The notes under the pieces: model-generated
Told to the model about the DNA's origin: nothing
The model's database searches: none
Seen by the model: the letters and a program-made list of their open reading frames with translations, nothing else
Made by a program: the position numbers and the translations under genes
Source: a virus
Lineage: Duplodnaviria > Heunggongvirae > Uroviricota > Caudoviricetes
IMG/VR virus record: IMGVR_UViG_2721755727_000003
Length of the DNA stretch: 23,561 bases
Reading direction: 5' to 3' (one strand)
Part shown: positions 18,175-23,561 of the stretch, piece after piece
How positions within the stretch are numbered: position 1 is the first letter of the stretch
Layout: the number at the start of each line of letters is the position of its first letter

Positions 18175-20775
18175 ATGAGCACAAAACCACTCTTCCTGTT
18201 ACGGAAAGCGAAAAAATCATCCGGTGAACCTGACGTCGTCCTGTGGGCAAGCAACGATTTTGAATCGACCTGTGCCACTCTGGACTACCTGATCGTTAAG
18301 TCAGGTAAAAAACTGAGCAGCTATTTTAAAGCTGTTGCCACGAATTTTCCTGTCGTTAATGACCTGCCCGCTGAAGGTGAGATCGATTTTACCTGGAGTG
18401 AACGCTATCAACTCAGCAAAGACTCCATGACATGGGAACTAAAACCGGGAGCAGCACCAGACAACGCTCACTATCAAGGCAATACCAACGTCAACGGCGA
18501 AGACATGACTGAGATTGAGGAGAATATGCTACTCCCAATTTCTGGCCAGGAACTGCCCATTCGTTGGCTTGCTCAACACGGCAGCGAAAAACCGGTAACG
18601 CACGTTTCACGCGACGGACTCCAGGCATTACACATTGCTCGGGCTGAAGAACTACCGGCTGTTACTGCCCTGGCTGTTTCCCACAAAACCAGCCTGCTCG
18701 ACCCGCTGGAAATTCGCGAACTCCACAAACTGGTTCGTGACACTGACAAAGTTTTCCCTAATCCTGGTAATTCAAACCTGGGACTGATAACTGCTTTTTT
18801 CGAAGCATACCTGAACGCTGACTACACCGATCGAGGACTGCTGACAAAAGAGTGGATGAAGGGTAATCGTGTTTCACACATCACTCGCACGGCTTCCGGT
18901 GCTAATGCTGGCGGCGGAAACCTCACCGATCGCGGCGAAGGTTTCGTACACGATCTGACGTCACTGGCGCGCGACGTAGCCACTGGCGTACTGGCCCGTT
19001 CAATGGATCTGGACATCTATAACCTTCATCCGGCACACGCTAAACGCATTGAGGAAATTATCGCTGAAAATAAACCGCCCTTTTCTGTTTTCCGCGACAA
19101 ATTCATCACCATGCCTGGCGGGCTGGATTATTCCCGCGCCATCGTGGTTGCGTCCGTAAAAGAAGCACCAATTGGGATCGAGGTCATCCCCGCGCACGTC
19201 ACTGAATATCTGAACAAAGTACTGACTGAAACCGATCATGCCAACCCTGATCCGGAAATCGTGGATATTGCCTGCGGTCGCTCCTCTGCCCCGATGCCGC
19301 AGCGAGTAACAGAAGAAGGAAAACAGGATGATGAAGAAAAACCGCAACCATCTGGAACAACGGCAGTTGAACAGGGAGAGGCTGAAACAATGGAACCGGA
19401 CGCAACTGAACATCATCAGGACACGCAGCCGCTGGATGCTCAGTCACAGGTAAATTCTGTTGATGCGAAATATCAGGAACTGCGGGCAGAACTCCATGAA
19501 GCCCGGAAAAACATTCCATCAAAAAATCCTGTCGATGACGATAAATTGCTTGCTGCATCACGTGGTGAATTTGTTGACGGAATTAGCGACCCGAACGATC
19601 CGAAATGGGTAAAGGGGATCCAGACTCGCGATTGTGTGTACCAGAACCAGCCAGAAACGGAAAAAACCAGCCCAGATATGAATCAACCTGAGCCAGTAGT
19701 GCAACAGGAACCGGAAATAGCCTGCAATGCCTGCGGCCAGACTGGCGGGGATAACTGCCCTGACTGTGGTGCGGTGATGGGCGACGCAACATACCAGGAA
19801 ACATTCGATGAAGAGAGTCAGGTTGAAGCTAAGGAAAATGATCCGGAGGAAATGGAAGGCGCTGAACATCCGCACAATGAGAATGCTGGCAGCGATCCGC
19901 ATCGCGATTGCAGTGATGAAACTGGCGAAGTCGCAGATCCCGTAATCGTAGAAGACATAGAGCCAGGTATTTATTACGGAATTTCGAATGAGAATTACCA
20001 CGCGGGTCCCGGTATCAGTAAGTCTCAGCTCGATGACATTGCTGATACTCCGGCACTATATTTGTGGCGTAAAAATGCCCCCGTGGACACCACAAAGACA
20101 AAAACGCTCGATTTAGGAACTGCTTTCCACTGCCGGGTACTTGAACCGGAAGAATTCAGTAACCGCTTTATCGTAGCACCTGAATTTAACCGCCGTACAA
20201 ACGCCGGAAAAGAAGAAGAGAAAGCGTTTCTGATGGAATGCGCAAGCACAGGAAAAACGGTTATCACTGCGGAAGAAGGCCGGAAAATTGAACTCATGTA
20301 TCAAAGCGTTATGGCTTTGCCGCTGGGGCAATGGCTTGTTGAAAGCGCCGGACACGCTGAATCATCAATTTACTGGGAAGATCCTGAAACAGGAATTTTG
20401 TGTCGGTGCCGTCCGGACAAAATTATCCCTGAATTTCACTGGATCATGGACGTGAAAACTACGGCGGATATTCAACGATTCAAAACCGCTTATTACGACT
20501 ACCGCTATCACGTTCAGGATGCATTCTACAGTGACGGTTATGAAGCACAGTTTGGAGTGCAGCCAACTTTCGTTTTTCTGGTTGCCAGCACAACTATTGA
20601 ATGCGGACGTTATCCGGTTGAAATTTTCATGATGGGCGAAGAAGCAAAACTGGCAGGTCAACAGGAATATCACCGCAATCTGCGAACCCTGTCTGACTGC
20701 CTGAATACCGATGAATGGCCAGCTATTAAGACATTATCACTGCCCCGCTGGGCTAAGGAATATGCAAATGACTAA
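18175..20775 (+). CDS. recE: Exonuclease VIII (5'-3' dsDNA exonuclease), 866 aa
   Basis: Length and sequence match RecE; the 3' end overlaps the recT start by 8 bp. Confidence 0.95.
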
Positions 20776-21577
20776 GCAACCACCAATCGCAAAAGCCGAT
20801 CTGCAAAAAACTCAGGGAAACCGTGCACCAGCAGCAGTTAAAAATAGCGACGTGATTAGTTTTATTAACCAGCCATCAATGAAAGAGCAACTGGCAGCAG
20901 CTCTTCCACGCCATATGACGGCTGAACGTATGATCCGTATCGCCACCACAGAAATTCGTAAAGTTCCGGCGTTAGGAAACTGTGACACTATGAGTTTTGT
21001 CAGTGCGATCGTACAGTGTTCACAGCTCGGACTTGAGCCAGGTAGCGCCCTCGGTCATGCATATTTACTGCCTTTTGGTAATAAAAACGAAAAGAGCGGT
21101 AAAAAGAACGTTCAGCTAATCATTGGCTATCGCGGCATGATTGATCTGGCTCGCCGTTCTGGTCAAATCGCCAGCCTGTCAGCCCGTGTTGTCCGTGAAG
21201 GTGACGAGTTTAGCTTCGAATTTGGCCTTGATGAAAAGTTAATACACCGCCCGGGAGAAAACGAAGATGCCCCGGTTACCCACGTCTATGCTGTCGCAAG
21301 ACTGAAAGACGGAGGTACTCAGTTTGAAGTTATGACGCGCAAACAGATTGAGCTGGTGCGCAGCCTGAGTAAAGCTGGTAATAACGGGCCGTGGGTAACT
21401 CACTGGGAAGAAATGGCAAAGAAAACGGCTATTCGTCGCCTGTTCAAATATTTGCCCGTATCAATTGAGATCCAGCGTGCAGTATCAATGGATGAAAAGG
21501 AACCACTGACAATCGATCCTGCAGATTCCTCTGTATTAACCGGGGAATACAGTGTAATCGATAATTCAGAGGAATAA
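20768..21577 (+). CDS. recT: RecT single-strand annealing protein, 269 aa
   Basis: ATG at 20768 inside the recE 3' end (the track ORF starts further upstream at 20711); RecT family sequence. Confidence 0.95.
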
Positions 21578-21633
21578 TTCAGCCTGGCGGTGTAATGCAC
21601 CGCCAACTTGAAATATTTTTTATGAGAAAAATT

Positions 21634-21828
21634 ATGAGATATGACAATGTTAAACCATGTCCATTTTGTGGTTGTCCATCAGTAACGGTGAAAGCCATTT
21701 CAGGATATTACCGAGCGAAGTGTAACGGATGCGAATCCCGAACCGGTTATGGTGGAAGTGAAAAAGAAGCACTCGAAAGATGGAATAAACGAACCACTGG
21801 AAATAATAATGGAGGTGTTCATGTATAA
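21634..21828 (+). CDS. ralR: Restriction-alleviation protein Lar / RalR (reported toxin of a type I toxin-antitoxin pair), 64 aa
   Basis: Cys-rich protein MRYDNVKPCPFCGCPSVTVKAISGYYRAKCNGCE...; ATG at 21634 (in-frame alternatives at 21622 and 21595). Confidence 0.8.
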   Translation: MRYDNVKPCPFCGCPSVTVKAISGYYRAKCNGCESRTGYGGSEKEALERWNKRTTGNNNGGVHV

Positions 21829-22030
21829 AATTACCGCCACTATTGAAAAGGAAGGTGGCACTCCTACTAACTGGACAAGATATTCAAAATCTAAACTAAC
21901 GAAATCAGAATGCGAAAAAATGCTCTCAGGTAAAAAAGAAGCAGGCGTTTCCAGAGAGCAGAAAGTAAAACTGATAAATTTTAATTGCGAGAAACTTCAG
22001 TCCTCGAGAATTGCATTGTATTCAAATTAA
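21821..22030 (+). CDS. ydaC: Rac prophage protein YdaC, 69 aa
   Basis: GGAGG 5 nt upstream of the ATG at 21821; the start overlaps the ralR stop. Confidence 0.7.
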   Translation: MYKITATIEKEGGTPTNWTRYSKSKLTKSECEKMLSGKKEAGVSREQKVKLINFNCEKLQSSRIALYSN

Positions 22031-22108
22031 AACTTCATAGCTGATTATTAATAATCAACATCGGGCGTCAATTTCAGTCTAACATTGGCGCCTGCCAGAG
22101 GTGATGCG

Positions 22109-22324
22109 ATGGCACAAGTAATCTTTAATGAAGAGTGGATGGTTGAATACGGCCTGATGCTTCGCACTGGTCTGGGGGCCAGACAAATTGAAGCATACCG
22201 CCAGAACTGTTGGGTGGAGGGCTTCCACTTCAAACGAGTATCTCCTTTAGGTAAGCCAGACAGCAAACGAGGGATTATCTGGTACAACTATCCAAAGATA
22301 AATCAGTTTATCAAAGACTCATGA
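22109..22324 (+). CDS. xisR: Excisionase, 71 aa
   Basis: Small basic protein immediately upstream of, and stop-start overlapping, the integrase gene; ATG at 22109 (the track ORF starts on TTG at 22085). Confidence 0.78.
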   Translation: MAQVIFNEEWMVEYGLMLRTGLGARQIEAYRQNCWVEGFHFKRVSPLGKPDSKRGIIWYNYPKINQFIKDS

Positions 22325-22325
22325 T

Positions 22326-23561
22326 ATGTCTAAATTACCAACAGGTGTCGAGATTAGAGGTAGATACATTCGCATCTGGTTCATGTTTCGAGGAAAACGA
22401 TGTCGGGAAACATTAAAAGGCTGGGAGATTACAAACAGTAATATTAAAAAGGCCGGAAATTTAAGAGCGCTGATAGTTCATGAAATAAACTCCGGTGAAT
22501 TTGAGTATTTAAGACGTTTTCCCCAGTCCAGCACTGGGGCAAAAATGGTGACAACGAGAGTCATAAAAACGTTCGGAGAGCTTTGTGATATCTGGACAAA
22601 AATTAAAGAGACAGAGTTAACAACAAACACAATGAAGAAAACGAAATCACAATTAAAAACACTCAGAATAATAATTTGTGAAAGTACCCCGATATCACAT
22701 ATTCGTTATAGCGATATCTTAAACTACCGGAATGAACTGCTGCATGGAGAAACGCTTTACCTGGATAATCCAAGATCCAACAAAAAAGGAAGAACCGTGC
22801 GCACAGTTGATAACTATATCGCCCTGCTCTGTTCGCTGTTGCGTTTTGCGTATCAGTCGGGATTTATATCAACCAAACCATTTGAAGGAGTAAAAAAATT
22901 ACAGCGAAACAGAATAAAGCCTGATCCGTTATCTAAAACAGAATTCAATGCATTAATGGAAAGTGAAAAAGGACAGAGCCAGAACTTGTGGAAATTTGCC
23001 GTTTACTCAGGACTTCGTCACGGGGAACTGGCAGCTCTGGCGTGGGAGGATGTGGATCTCGAAAAGGGAATAGTGAATGTCAGAAGAAACCTGACGATAC
23101 TTGATATGTTCGGTCCCCCAAAAACAAATGCCGGGATCCGAACAGTAACACTACTGCAGCCTGCTCTTGAAGCACTGAAGGAGCAATACAAACTGACCGG
23201 GCATCATCGCAAAAGCGAAATCACCTTTTATCATCGGGAGTACGGCAGAACCGAAAAGCAAAAACTGCATTTTGTTTTCATGCCCAGGGTGTGTAACGGA
23301 AAACAAAAACCTTATTACTCGGTAAGCAGTTTGGGGGCAAGGTGGAATGCAGCAGTAAAACGTGCTGGTATTCGCCGCCGTAATCCGTACCATACGCGGC
23401 ATACTTTTGCCTGCTGGCTGTTGACGGCAGGAGCGAACCCGGCATTTATAGCCAGCCAAATGGGGCATGAAACTGCGCAGATGGTGTATGAAATTTACGG
23501 TATGTGGATTGATGACATGAACGACGAACAGATAGCCATGTTGAATGCGCGGTTATCGTAG
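22326..23561 (+). CDS. intR: Tyrosine-type site-specific integrase, 411 aa
   Basis: C-terminal catalytic motifs (..YHTRHTFACWLL.., ..MVYEIYGMW..) of the phage integrase family; the stop codon is the last three bases of the window. Confidence 0.95.
   Translation: MSKLPTGVEIRGRYIRIWFMFRGKRCRETLKGWEITNSNIKKAGNLRALIVHEINSGEFEYLRRFPQSSTGAKMVTTRVIKTFGELCDIWTKIKETELTTNTMKKTKSQLKTLRIIICESTPISHIRYSDILNYRNELLHGETLYLDNPRSNKKGRTVRTVDNYIALLCSLLRFAYQSGFISTKPFEGVKKLQRNRIKPDPLSKTEFNALMESEKGQSQNLWKFAVYSGLRHGELAALAWEDVDLEKGIVNVRRNLTILDMFGPPKTNAGIRTVTLLQPALEALKEQYKLTGHHRKSEITFYHREYGRTEKQKLHFVFMPRVCNGKQKPYYSVSSLGARWNAAVKRAGIRRRNPYHTRHTFACWLLTAGANPAFIASQMGHETAQMVYEIYGMWIDDMNDEQIAMLNARLS

Noticed and set aside
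18822-20673. Several 60-150-aa minus-strand ORFs inside recE
   Set aside because: Antisense to a long, well-supported gene; no start or RBS context and low-complexity translations.

Overview
This window reads as an almost complete Rac-type cryptic lambdoid prophage of Escherichia coli K-12, oriented ynaE to intR (the reverse of the usual reference orientation). Gene order: ynaE, pinR, tfaR/stfR (side tail fibre), lomR, tmpR (truncated tape measure), ydaY, ynaK, trkG, an Rz/Rz1 remnant (rzpR/rzoR), ydaW-ydaV-ydaU-ydaT-ydaS, racR, ydaG-ydaF, sieB, then kilR-ydaE-racC-recE-recT-ralR-ydaC-xisR-intR. All identifications come from recognising the translated proteins and from motifs read directly in the sequence; no database search or computation was run. 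Two insertion sequences are present: IS5 in lomR with a CTTG target duplication, and a 1331-bp IS2 in stfR with a perfect 5-bp GCCGG duplication. From memory, stfR is intact in the MG1655 reference, so the IS2 copy looks strain-specific. The prophage also carries internal deletion scars (tmpR/lomR, ydaW/rzpR). The most interesting observation is that ydaY, which I recall as an annotated pseudogene, ends in a dnaX-type A_AAA_AAG slippery heptamer. Its -1 frame stays open for about 104 further codons up to the tape-measure gene, the arrangement expected for a G/GT-type tail assembly chaperone made by programmed frameshifting. Other observations: palindromic candidate RacR operators overlapping two back-to-back sigma70-like promoters on either side of racR, an iteron/AT-rich/G7-tract cluster inside ydaU (candidate origin), and hairpins at the sieB-kilR, racC-recE and recT-ralR junctions. 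No CRISPR array, tRNA or rRNA was seen.
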